Source: Malacoraja senta
Taxonomy: Eukaryota
DNA length: 64,000 bases
Reading direction: 5' to 3'
Assembly: GCA_038087875.1 (NCBI GenBank)
Contig: CM075983.1
Coordinates: forward strand, 24,614,001-24,678,000
A program made the translations under genes and the position numbers. The notes beneath the pieces are model-generated. The model saw only the letters and a list, made by a program, of their open reading frames with translations, was not told the DNA's origin and did no database searches. Positions 48,852 through 61,481 of the stretch are shown piece after piece (position 1 is the first letter of the stretch; the number at the start of each line of letters is the position of its first letter).

Positions 48852-49709
48852 CTCACAGAAAATGAACCATCTGCAAAGTTTAAAGCACCATAGCTTGGAT
48901 GGTGAATCTGGTCAATCTAATTCCTTTTGTTACGGTTCATTTCTTAAAACAGACAACTCACAATAAATCAGGTAAACCAACACAAGCTTTACTCTACATT
49001 TAGCCAGCGAGAGTGCCCGGGATATAAAGTCAAGTATACCACAGATACTTAAACCCCCTGGGCTATCACTCTAATGAATGAAGACATACAGCATCTTTTT
49101 ATAATATTTTGGAAACGTAGTCACATGTGTATACAGAGTGGCAGCAATGACGTTTAATACAAATCAATCACAGGCTTTACCCATTCAAAGAATTGTTGTC
49201 ACTGATACAATACTCTTGCCATCCTGTGCTTCGATCAATCAAAAACTGTTGATCACAAACATTGAAACAGGAACTTACTCAAGAAGCACAACATTTACAA
49301 TTCCGTCTTAACAATGTAATCTTTGATTCTCAGCTACCAACCAGAAGGCTTCTGTTTTCAGTATCTTCCAACTCCGAAGGAAGCACATCCTCTCTCAAGG
49401 CTTCTGTTTACAGAAGGTAGCACCTTCTCAGGAAATGCATCCCCTCTCACCATTGTGGATGGTATTCTACTTGGCACATAACAGGAAGCAGTTTGAATGC
49501 AGTTTGAATGCTGGCCTCCAATTGCCTGATTCCCACATCTTTGCAAACTTCAGCTTATTTCAGCACCCAAAAAAGTCAAGCTATACTCAAGCTAATCTTT
49601 TACTTAATCCATTCTAATTATAAAATATTTAATTATTAACTAGGATATTATCACTTTCACATCACTTTCACATGACTTGCTCTTTGAGTGCATTGACTCA
49701 AAGAGGTAA

Positions 49710-50286
49710 AGGGGCTGTCCCACTTGGCCGTCATTTACGCGACAGGCCGGTAGTGACTGACGCGCGACGGTCATCATGCGTCCGCACAGATGTCTGGAGC
49801 GCGTGACGTCATTTGAAGATAGACACAAATGCAGGAGTAACTCAGCGGGACCGGCAGCATCTCTGGAGAGAAGGAATGGATGATGTTTCGGGTCGAGAGT
49901 CTTCTGCCGGTCCCGCTGAGTTACTCCAGCATTTTGTGTCTATCTTCAATCGTCTTGGCCCTGCTCTGGGAGTAGGAGTGGGGGTGGATCCGGATCCGCA
50001 ACGGTCGTGAGCCCCAGGCCGAGCTCGGCGACCGTTTGCCTACTTCTGCTGCTGTTGGAGGTGAGACGTTGCGCCGCGCCGCGCCAGGGTCTTGGGCCTG
50101 TCCCACTTTGGCCGTCAGTTACCCGACAGGCCGGTGGCGCACGAAGATTTCATGCAGGACAAAATCCACACTCCTCCACGCCACTTCACACTCCTCTACA
50201 CCACTCCACGCGCCCGTACCACGCTACCCACGCGCTAGCAGGTCGCGTAAATGGCACGCGAATGACCGCCAAGTGGGACAGGCCCT
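49710..50286. mobile_element. Composite PIF/Harbinger-type MITE with two left ends and one right end
   Basis: AGGGGCTGTCCCACTTGGCCGTCA at 49710, GGGCCTGTCCCACTTTGGCCGTCA at 50094 and AAGTGGGACAGGCCCT at 50271-50286; flanks TAA/TCA. Confidence 0.75.
49813..49949. mobile_element. Penelope-derived fold-back piece inside the MITE
   Basis: TTGAAGATAGACACAAA...TTTGTGTCTATCTTCAA inverted arms; partial minus-strand hammerhead. Confidence 0.8.
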
Positions 50287-50766
50287 TCAGACTCTGGCTG
50301 CGCAGCAAGAGCAACAAGAGGAGAAGCCTAAAAGCAAATCAGAATTGTCAGAGAACCTTGGAGTTTAAAGATCTAAAAATATAATATTGTTTGGAAACTA
50401 ATTTGATTTAATTGTGTACTACAAAATATTCCTGGTCATGAATCATTTTTTTATGCTGTCATAAATTATCACATTTATTTAATTTGTTATTCTCTGGGCA
50501 ATACCAAATTTGTTTATCTTTGTTGTGCTGTTCTGTTCTGTTATGATGATGTTCAGCAGCTAGGCTGACTATTTAGTTGGCGTTACATGGTATAATGACT
50601 TCGTTTTGATCATATTTAATACCGTAATATTTAGTTAAGTACTAAATTATTAGTGAAAGAAATGCTATCTTTAATCTGTGAAGGGTCATAGCCATTTTGG
50701 CTGCATGGTCAGCACAACAGGAATAAAAGAAAAGCTCTGCTGGAAATGAATGAGTTCATGAAACAC

Positions 50767-51967
50767 TGGAAAATTACTTTCATTTCAACAATTACAAATA
50801 AAATATAAACTCGGAAATAATCAATATTTTAAATATTTTCAAATATGCGACTATTTGAAAAAATATACAAAAGATCATCATAATAACCCAGCAGATGTAC
50901 TGGACGAGGCAATGCAGATAAAAGCGGAATCAGCAAACTTAATATCATATTTGTATAATATTATCTTAAATGCACAAATACCATCTACGGAGGGTATCAG
51001 AAGAGACTGGGAACAAGAGTTAGCTATTAAAATTTCAAAGGAAAGTCGGAATGAATACTTATTAAATGTGCATAAATGCTTGATTAATGTAAGACACACT
51101 TTAATACAATTTAAAATTTTACATAGATTATATTATTCGAAAACTAAAATTCATAAAATTTTCCCAAATGTATCATCTATTTGTGATAAATGTCAATCCC
51201 AAGAAGCTACTATAACGCACTCATTCGTTTCTTGTACAAAAATTCAAAAATTTTGGAATGAAATTTTTGAAATCTTTACAAAGTTATTTAAAACAAGACT
51301 GATACCCAAAGCAGAATGGATTATCTTCGGTATAACGGAAGATGGTCCAGAATTAAATGTGTTTCAAAAGAAACTAATGGACTATGGGTTAATAACTGGA
51401 AAAAAGCTAATTCTAAAATTTTGGAAGAAGGCTCCAATACCAACTATAAATATGTGGATTTCAAATATGTTTGAAACATTACACCTAGAAGAGATAAGAC
51501 TCCTCCTAGCAGGTAAACCAGATCATTTCCACCTGACGTGGTCTGCATTTATAGAATTATTACAAACATAAGGTGCAAAAGTACTTTAAAAAAAAATAAA
51601 AAAAATTGAGGTCAGGTAAGGGGGGACGATAGTTGAAGAGTTGGTATGTCCATTTTGCGTAATGCTCATAAAAATATTTGTTTCTCTCTTTTTCCTCTTT
51701 CACTCTTTCTTTTTTTCCTAGGGTCTATTTCTTAACTCTTTTTCTTTTGTTTTTAATTTTGCTCTTATAGGGTCTTTGTCCTTTTTTGTTGTCACATTTC
51801 CTACACTTCCACTTTTTCCTTCACTTTCTTCTTTCTTTCAATCTTTTCCTTTTCTAGTGTAAAAAATAAATGGAGTACATTAATTGTAAGAAGATATAAA
51901 TGACAAGTACTAATGTATGTGGTTGTAATGTAATGTACTTCTAATAAAATACAAATTTAAAAAAAAA
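50767..51967 (+). mobile_element. 5'-truncated L1 LINE
   Basis: ORF 50855-51571 with a CCHC knuckle (CDKC...H...C), T-rich 3' UTR, AATAAA, poly(A) and TSD ATGAAACAC (50758-50766 / 51968-51976). Confidence 0.92.
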
Positions 51968-53535
51968 ATGAAACACATCTTTAAAATGTTAAATTGCTCA
52001 ATGGAACTTGCGAGCCCATGACACCAGGAATACATAGCTGAGCTATAATGCACACCATCATGAGCAAAAAACAAAGTGCTGGAGGAACTCAGCGGTCAAG
52101 CAGCATCTATGAAGGCAATGGACAGACAGGAACTGCAGTTGTGACTCTACGCACACAGTTAAGGATGGCTGAAGAAAGGAAGCAAGGGCCAACAAGTCCC
52201 ATCTTAAATTCCAATTATGTCTTTGACCATAATAATTTCCCTGGTCCTTGGATTTGTAGAACTTCAAGGTTATAATCACAAATTCAAGTGTGAACATTAA
52301 TTATCAGAAAAATCGTGTACAACATAATTTGGTGCATTGAAAATAAATTAGATTAATTAAAATCCTTAAAATCTGTACAGGAATTTAGAATTTTAAATTG
52401 TCTGCTCAGAGTGGAATGTTAAAACACTCCTGGCTGATGATTTTGTAATCATAGCTCTATTGTAACTGCTTATCATCATCTAAATGGTCAAATTATTTAC
52501 AAAGTGCTCCAACAATTTACTGTGCGAGCTTCACTATTCACATGCAACATGGGTAATGATAATTCACTGATTACACTTTAGACCATTGAATATGGTCTGT
52601 AAAAGCAGAAGATCAGATTAACTAAAATTAGTTGATTTGAGTGCCTACTCACTTATCCATTGCAGAGTTGATTTGTCTGAGAGCAGAGTTATTAAATAAG
52701 TCTTTTATCAAAAGCAAACTGCTGAAGGAACTCAGTGCATCAAGCAGCATCTGCAGAGGAAATAGATGATGTTTCATGTCAGAACCCTTCAGATTGATGG
52801 AGTAGAATTAGATGGCTGGTACAAAGAAGTGATGAGAATGAATGAGGAAAGAGCTAATTATAGGTGGATCTGGGTCGATTGGTAAGGAGTCAGGTGGGCA
52901 AAAAAGGTTTGAGATAGTAACTAAGGCTGGAGGTGGCGAAGCCAAAAGGGTGCAAATTGTGGAGTCTGTTAAAAAGTAATGTATGTGGTGGGGGGGGGGG
53001 GGGAAGAATGTTCATCACCCTATTTAGTGCCACATGCCGGTAATAACTGCTGGTTTCTAGGGATTGTCCTGTTCTTTTGTCTTCTATGCTTCCCTCACAC
53101 CCATTGTGCCTCTGATCACCTCTCTCCACCTCTGCCTCCACAAGAAAATCTTTCAGCAACAACAGCAGCCAGTCATGGCTTCCTGATTCCTCGGGCATCA
53201 CCAGTGATGCAAATAGAGGATAAGGGGTTATTAATCAGCTGACTTTTTGTTTTTCAAGCATTTTTAATTAATTTTAGTGTTGCAAGCCACTGATTGTTGA
53301 CAGTTTCTTTCTCTCCCTCTGCATATTTTATATCACCTATGAGGAGCTTTTTGTTATTATTACCAAGTTTTGTTTCCAAGCCATAAGCCCTGGTTGTTTA
53401 AGGGAGGCAGAGATATTTCCTGGTGCTGGAAAAGCTGGGTACACTGAGACCTCGCAGAATTTAATGGCAAGGACTCATTCTCATCTGTTTTTGTGTCTTG
53501 CCTCTCACTCAACAATTAGTCAAACTCAGTGTGGA

Positions 53536-53749
53536 AAGAACTGCAGATGCTGGTTTAAATTGAAGATAGACACAAAATGCTGGAGTAACTCATCGGGACA
53601 GGCAGCATCTCTTGAGAGAAGGAACGGGTGTCGTTTTGAATCAAGACCCTTCTTCAGTCTCGACCCGAAACGTCTCCCAAGAGTCAAGAGTGTTTTATTG
53701 TCATTCCTTCTCTCCAGAGATGCTGAGTTACTCCAGTATTTTGTGTCTA
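53536..53749. mobile_element. Penelope-derived fold-back mini-element with internal deletion and insertion
   Basis: Same layout as 48628-48851; flanking direct repeat TCAGTGTGGA (53526-53535 / 53750-53759). Confidence 0.75.
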
Positions 53750-53759
53750 TCAGTGTGGA

Positions 53760-56338
53760 TTTAGTTTAGTTTAGTGATACAGCGGGGAAACGGGCCCTTC
53801 GGCCCACCGAGTCTGCACCAACCAGCGATCCCTGCACATTAACACTACTACATTACACACGAGGGACAATTTTACACTTATACTGAGCCTATTAACCTAC
53901 AAACCTGTATGCCTTTGGAGTGTGGGAGGAAACAGAAGATCTCATAGAAAACCCACGCAGTTAAAGTATTGCAAAAATTTCAAATGGGAGAGAATTTTAT
54001 CTCTTGGGTAAAATTATTATATGACAGGCCTACTGCCAGAATATTAACTAATAATATGTTTTCCCCGAAATTTCAATTATCAAGGGGAAATAGACAGGGA
54101 TGTTCATTATCATCTCTGCTATTTGCTCTTGTAATAGAACCTTTAGCGGAAAGTATTAGAATACATCCGAATATCCATGGTTATAATACAAAATACTCAA
54201 ATAATAAAATATCATTATATGCAGATGATGTACTACTATATATCACAAAATCACAAATCAGTATACCAAATATATTAAATCTAATAGAGGAATTTGGATC
54301 CTTTTCAGGATATAGAATAAATTGGAATAAAAGTGAAATTATGACAATAAAACTCATGATAGATAGACTCAACACATGTTAAAATTCCCCTTTAAAATTG
54401 CTTCAGAAAAATTCAAATATTTGGGAATTGAAATTACTAGAAAATATAAATCTTTATTTAATGCAAACTATATGCCCTTAATAAACTAAACACACTGATT
54501 AAATTTTGGAAAACTCTTCCAATGTCTCTAATAGGCCGAATAAATGCTATAAAAATGATTTTTCTACCACAAATGTTATATCTATTCCAATCAATTCCAA
54601 TATACTTACCACATTTTTTTTTTTTTAACTGGATGCCGATATCACAAATTTTATATGGGACTATAAATCCCATAGAATTCAAAGAAGACATTTGTGCAAA
54701 CCTAAAGAATTTGGCAGATTAACACTCCCTAATTTTTTGTATTATTATTGGGCAGCAAATGTCAAAACTATGATTCACCTGTTGGCAATTCGGCCCAGCA
54801 GGTGGATTGGATAGTAATGGAAAGAGAGGATTGTTCCCCTTTTAATATAGGAGCGATCCTTCTCTCACCAACAAAATTGAATAATACAATATATAGTAAA
54901 AATCCAATTCATAGTACAATTAGAATTTGGAAACGAATAAAATTAACTTTAAAATTAAGAAACCTATCGCTTCTCTCACCTATAGTTAATAATCCGTCGT
55001 TTAAACCATCTATTATAGATAAATCTTTTACATACTGGGACAGATTAGGAATTAAAACGTTTGGAGACATGTATGACAATGGAAATTTTTTATAATTTCA
55101 CCAACTACAACTTAAATACAATTTGAGAAGTAATCAATATTTTAAATATTTTCAAATCCGTGACTATTTGAAAAAATATACACAAGAATATCAAAATTTA
55201 TCTCCAGACCTATTAGACGATGCTATGAATATAAAGGCGGAATCAACTAACAATATATTCGTATAATAACATCCTAAATATAGAAATACCATCATCTGAT
55301 AGAATTAGAAGAGAATAGGAACAAGAACTAGCTATAAAAATCTCGAAAGAGAGCTGGGATAAACACTTGCTATATGTGCATAAATGCTCGATTAATGTAA
55401 GACACATTCTAATTCAATTTAAAACTTTACATAGACTATACTACTCAAAAGCTAAAATAAGTAAATTCTATCCCAATGTCTCTTCCATCTGTGATAAATG
55501 TCTAACCCAAGAAGCAACTATAGCACATTCTTTTGTTTTTTGTATAAAAATCCAAAAATTTTGGAATTAAATCTTTCAAATTTTAACGAAATTATTTAAA
55601 ATAAAACTGAAACCGAATGCAGAACTGATTATTTTTGGAACAATCGAAGCCAGCTTTGAGCTGACTTCGTTTCAAAAGAGCTTCCTTAATTACGGCTTAA
55701 TAATGGCAAAAAAACTTATACTGAAATTCTGGAAAAACGCTCCCACACCAACGATAAAAATGTGGATTTCTAATATGTCCGAACTGTTACACCTAGAAGA
55801 TATGAGATTCCTCTTAGCAGGTAAATCAGACCATTTCCAAAAGATTTGGTCTCCATTTATCGACTTATTACAAACATGGGGTGCAACAAAATGTTGAAAA
55901 TAAATGGTTTCAGGACCTGGTGAGGGGGTGTAAAGATACGAAGTAGGTACATCCCTTTTATCTTGTCTTATCTTATCTTACTTTTTTTTTTCTTTCTTTT
56001 TCTTTTGTGTTCTGTTTAACTCTTTCTTGTGGTTTAGGTGCTACGGGTTTCCCTGGACCACTCTTTCACTCACTCACTATCTTTGCTAACTCTCTCTATT
56101 TGCTTATTAAAGTTTAAAATAAGAAGTGGTACAAGAAATGTATAATTTTATGTTTGTTTGAGATCACTGCATTGAACAATACTTCTAATAAAAAATTTAA
56201 AAAAAGAAAAAAAAGAAAACCCACGCAGGTCACGGGTAGAACGTACAAACTCATTTACAGACGAGCAACCGTAGTCAGGATCGAACCCGAGTCTCTGGCA
56301 CTGTAAAGCAGCAACGCTATCACTGTGTCATCGGGCAC
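53760..56338 (-). mobile_element. V-SINE split into 53760-53960 and 56214-56338 by an L1 insertion
   Basis: The two halves rejoin into a copy collinear with 29935-30231. Confidence 0.88.
53961..56213 (+). mobile_element. 5'-truncated L1 LINE (related subfamily, frameshifted ORF2)
   Basis: RGNRQGC, LYADD, CCHC knuckle, poly(A) and 15-bp TSD AGAAAACCCACGCAG (53946-53960 / 56214-56228). Confidence 0.93.
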
Positions 56339-57782
56339 CCTTAAGGGAGCAGAAGAAATGAATATAAAAGTACAAAAAACAAAAGCAGCGAGAAATCATT
56401 AAGCCCCTCAGGAGATCACTACCATTCTTTAAGATCGTAACTGAACCATTCCCTTATCAGCCCACTTTCCTGCACTAATTCCATTTTCTTTGATTACTTT
56501 AATATCTAAAATCTATTGAACTCCAAATTAAATATGCTAGGTAAATAAACCTCCACTGCTCCCTTAGGCAGACAATTCCAATGATTCACTATTTCTGGTT
56601 AAGGAACTCATCTCTGTCCTGAGTGTATGACCTCTTATTATAGGTTTGTGACCTCTACTTCCAGCCAGCTGAAACAACTCTGCAATTACCATCAAGAGCA
56701 TAAGGACTTTGGATAGCGATTATAATAATCAACAGCATGTCACAATCATACTATGGCTGGAGAGAGGCAATGTGATGGAGCGAGGAGATCTGGTAGGGAG
56801 GAGATCTTGTTCACAAAATAAAGAAGAAAATGCTGCAAAAATTCGGCTTGTCAGGCAGATTCTGTGGAAAGAAAAAACAGTTAATGTTTCAGATCAAAGA
56901 CTTCATCTGAACTAGGAAACTGAAAATCAAGTTAGTTTATAGTTGCAAAGAGATCCTAGGGAATAATTAATTAGACCTGCAGAGACATGGGTGCCCGCTG
57001 GACCAAAGGAGGAAGAGGCTTTATTAGGGAAATGATTGTACATTTACATGTGTTATTGTACATTTTGGCTACTTTTAATATTTCTGATTTAAACTATAAT
57101 ACAAAAATCCAATGATTATGATACAAGTAGGTCATCATTATGCAGGAAGCGACTCTAGTGATGGTCAATTTCCAAAGCTGCACAAGAACCTTGCAAAGGC
57201 AGTGACGATAGTAATCTTTTAACTTTGTTATGAGAAAATATGCAGACAGAGCTCTAGCTGTGCCTGGATTTCTCTGCCTGTGGTGGTGAATATTGCAATC
57301 ATCCTGAATTATTTAATTTCCAGATGACGACAGGCAATAGCAGCTAATGCCATGTTTTCAGTTTGTAACACGTGACTAGAATAGCAGTGTCACTGATTTC
57401 TTCTGAAGGAGGGTAGGTTTCATTTTCTCTGATCAGAGACTAGCAAAGTTATGGGCTTCAAGCAACTGATATGCTGCTAAACCAACAACCCCAAGTGAAT
57501 GCAGAAGTCAACAGATATCACAAGAATGATAATTTCTGAATGTGTATCTTCTAAGATCACCATTTATTCATGGAGCATATATACTCCATTTGTCATTCAC
57601 TCCCATTCTGGTTTGAGAAATTGTAGAGGAGTGTGACATCAGGCAGCTTATCATAAGATTCTGGTGTCTGGATGGATCAGAGAATCGTCTGAAATATTTG
57701 CCAGAGTGTCTTGCATTCTGTAGTCTACATGTCTGACAAATGTTAGTGCAGGTCAGTGTGGAATAGGAGGAGATATCAGAAT

Positions 57783-57842
57783 AAGACGTTGATAGCAAAA
57801 CGTTACAATAAAGACGTTGATAGCAAAACATTACAATAAAGA
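57783..57842. repeat. 28-bp tandem duplication
   Basis: aagacgttgatagcaaaac(g/a)ttacaata occurs twice. Confidence 0.9.
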
Positions 57843-58544
57843 TACCTCATATCCCCTGACATTCCTTATAACCCAAAGATTTTCTTATGCATCCCCATCA
57901 CAAAAGGCCTGCTCCCATATGAAGACTTTTTGCTCAGCCATTTTCAATTAACCTTGCCATGAAATGATGCTTGAATTTCAAGTGGCAAGATAACATGATT
58001 ATAGACATTCACCGCTGACATTCAGTTGATAATGTCTATATCAACTGAGATTACATCAGTTTCACATGATGCTCAATAGCATGATCAATGCCCAATGTCC
58101 ATTGTACAAGATTATTGTAGATTAATTGACATCAGGGTACATTATCAATCTTCAACCTCCCTGTGAGACTGCAAGAGCCATTAGACCACTAATAGAGCCA
58201 AACTTAATCCATGCATTTTTTTTTGGTACGAGAATTATTGCTTTTTCAAGTAGCCACTTGCAGTACAAGTCCAGACCATAGAAACCAAGGAATTAATTCT
58301 CAACATTTTATTTTGGAATTAATGCATTCATAATATCAGAGATCTAAACACTTGAGATGACCATGCTCAGTAGACAACAAAGGGTACCTTTTATGTCCAT
58401 CTTCCAAGTGACTCTGTGCAAGATGTGGGCAGGCTCTGTTTCCCAAGCAGCTGTAGTTGAGCTGTACTTTTAAATTCAAAGAGATATATTGTATTCCTTG
58501 TACCAAATGAATTAATGTTAACGTGAAGGCACAGTACATATTAG

Positions 58545-59170
58545 GGAGGTAAATGGTTCACTGACCTTTATTACAACAGAATTTGTGCACGCAAAAATAA
58601 GACATCCAGTTGCAATTAAATGGTGTCCTGGTGAGACCAGACCGCGGATATTATGTCTAAGTTTTTCATCCAAGGAAGAATGACTTATGATGGAGGGAGA
58701 GTAGAAGAGGTTCCCAAGGTTGATTGATACAAAGTGCTGGAGTAACTCAGCAGGTCAGGCAGCATATCTGGAGAAAAAGGATGGATGAAGTTTTGGGTCG
58801 GAACCCTTCTTCAGACGCAATCACGATGTTGATGGAATAAGGAGGATGTTATTTGAGAAGTTATTAAACAGGCTGATCATTTATACTGTAGAGAATTAAG
58901 AATGAGAATTGATCTCCATGAAATAAATGGCTGGGGTGTCTAGGAGTCATCGCTCAAAATAAAATAATATTTTGTTTTAAACATTGCAATTCTGCATCCA
59001 AGTGGGTTGCACAGGTTTAGTTGCCTCGTGCAGTAAAAGCATAGATTGATAGATTGTTGGATGTTATGGGAATCAAAGGAATGTGGCTAGAGTAGGAAGA
59101 TGGCCATGACATTAATGATCAACACCAATATTTACTTGCAAAGCAGACATGATGGGTAGAGAAAGTTACT
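58545..59170 (+). mobile_element. Old CR1 3' remnant interrupted by a Penelope pseudo-LTR piece (58726-58815, minus strand)
   Basis: CR1-like ctggtgagaccagac and agaggttcccaaggttgat; the insert reads gatacaaagtgctggagtaactcagc...cccttcttcagac. Confidence 0.55.
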
Positions 59171-60510
59171 CGTTGTATAGTTATCATAGCTTACTCCCAC
59201 TACTATTTCTTGTCATCTTCTGACCACAGGCAACTTTTGTCCCAGTTGGTCACATTTGGAACTGTACTGCCACTTAGTGAGCAAGAGTAGTCTGGGCTGG
59301 CTGGCTGAGTTGCATTGGTTTCTTTACTGTCTCTACATAATCCCTCATGCATCATCTGTTGTGACTGAAAGCAGCCACCCCGGCCGCCATTCGCTTCAGT
59401 TTGCAATTCCATGTATGGGTTTCTAGCTACTTTCTCCTGCAAGTGAGTTGGAAGTGATATTGGTACATGTATCAGAATGTGTTTACATGAGATGGTGGAG
59501 CTGTGATAAGTATACAAAGGCAGAGAAGAAGATGGATATACTGGTAGAACATCTACCAGTGCATGTGTGTGTATAGAGCTTGAGTTGGAACTGTTCTAGG
59601 AGCGAAGCAATGCTAATATTGTCAACTTGGATTTATGGATGACTCCACTATTCTTGGCTGGGCAAAGAGATTGTTTTTTTTTAATGCTGAGACCAGATAT
59701 ATAATAATAATAATAATAATAGATTTTATTTATATAGCGCTTTTCAGGACTCAAAGTCGCTTAGTTCCTGCCTTGTGCATTGTGGCTCTTAAACTTTTCC
59801 AACAGTGTCTCCAAGTCCTCAATCTGAGGTTGTTGCTTTCTATCCAATAGTAAATGCATTGCAACTATTTGTTCAGACCAAGGTACCAGCAATGATGCTT
59901 AATTAATTACACAGCATTACGATCTAGTGGTCAGCTTCCATTTTAAGAGTTGGAGCCTAGGTGTCATTAACTGGTTCAATTTTACTCGTGAAGAAATAAC
60001 AAGTGTTTATCGTGGAATAATGGAGGAGTGAATACGCCAGGCTGTTTAAATGTTCATATCGTCTTGTTGAAAGGAAAATAGTCCCTAATAGCATAAACAT
60101 ACATGGATCTCTTTGCATAACATTGTGGTAGCATATTTTTAAGTGTTTAAGAATTTCTACCATGAAATAACAAAAAAAATCATGGTCCAAAGCAAATGAA
60201 GGGTAATAAAGTAAGAAACAAAAGATGGAGCCGGCAAATGTTTAATTATTATTGGAAAATGTTGAACTCTGAAAAGCAGCAATATCTATCTTTGCAAAAT
60301 CCTGCTTTTACTTTACGTGCCATTGGAACAATACAGGAGGTCCAGGACACATGAAGCAAAAATGGGGTACAATAGAATCAAAATGACAGGTGACAGAAAA
60401 TTCAGCATCTCTCTTGTGAACAGAAAGAAGATGTCATGCACCTTTTACTGCATGTCCCAATGCTAATTCCATTTGGAACAATGTCTGGAACTAATGTCTC
60501 CAACTTCTAT

Positions 60511-60597
60511 AAACATAGAAACATAGAAAATAGGTGCAGGAGTAGGCCATTCGGCCCTTCGAGCCTGCACCACCATTTAATATGATCATGGCTGATA
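60511..60597 (-). mobile_element. Extremely truncated CR1 tail, same subfamily as 3598-7067
   Basis: Reverse complement of about 6985-7067 with the (TTTCTATG)n tail. Confidence 0.85.
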
Positions 60598-61443
60598 AAG
60601 AACTATACAGGGATAGAACTGAAGAAAGAAATATTAATTATTTGTCTTCACCAAACCTGGTTTTGTTTTCACGTTTCTCCAAGCCACATTGTTTAGCTTG
60701 TTTAAAAATACAGAAGGCCTGAAGGGGAGTGAAGCAAAGCCCCAGTTTGATTGTTTATACTTAAAATATAATGTTCAAGAACACAAGGTAAATATGAGGA
60801 ATCTCACTGTCACTGCCAATTCTGTCAATTTTAGCATTCTGCCTCCCATCACAGAATTTAGCTGCCTTGAAGACAATTTAAAGGTTTTTGCATGACTTGC
60901 TAGTTCTGGATTGCTATTCACAATCCTGTACAGGATAAGTGAAGCATGATATCTTTTTATATGATTGAACATTTCCTTATGTTAGCTTTTACGGTTTTGA
61001 TTCTGATTCACTGGGGATTTATGAATTTGGGCTCATTTGTTCATGATTTTGCATGTTAGATTACTAAGAAAGAACGTACACAAAATACTTCTAATTTCCC
61101 AAGATTTCCCAACTACGTCACCACAGATATTGATGTTTTCATGAATTTAAGCATTTCTGCTGATTTAATTTATGTAAAATCTGTAAAGTTGATATTCCTG
61201 GAAAAATTACCATAAAATTAGGGTGCTCAGCATTTAAAAAATAATGCATGCAGATTTGTTTGAAAATTAATTAAGATGTCAATCATCTGATTAAACATAG
61301 GTTTTTGGAGATATTTAGGGATTTAAAGGATGTGAATTTAGTGCAAGGGAAAGGAACCAAAGTGGGGGGTGAGAGATTAACCGTAATCTTATCGAACGAT
61401 GGAGCAAGAGAGGAGGCAAAAGGCCTGGTGCTGCACATTCTTT

Positions 61444-61446
<3 letters not shown>

Positions 61447-61481
<35 letters not shown>

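Noticed and set aside
57324-57412. Exon-like segment (tttccag...GG/gtaggt)
   Set aside because: Stops in all three frames, and such splice-like pairs arise by chance.
11258-58815. Recurrent palindromic repeats read as a CRISPR array or tRNA genes
   Set aside because: They are dispersed, lack spacer periodicity and cas genes, and are explained by Penelope pseudo-LTRs and SINE heads.
59203-59517. 104-aa minus-strand ORF
   Set aside because: No motif, homology or splice support.
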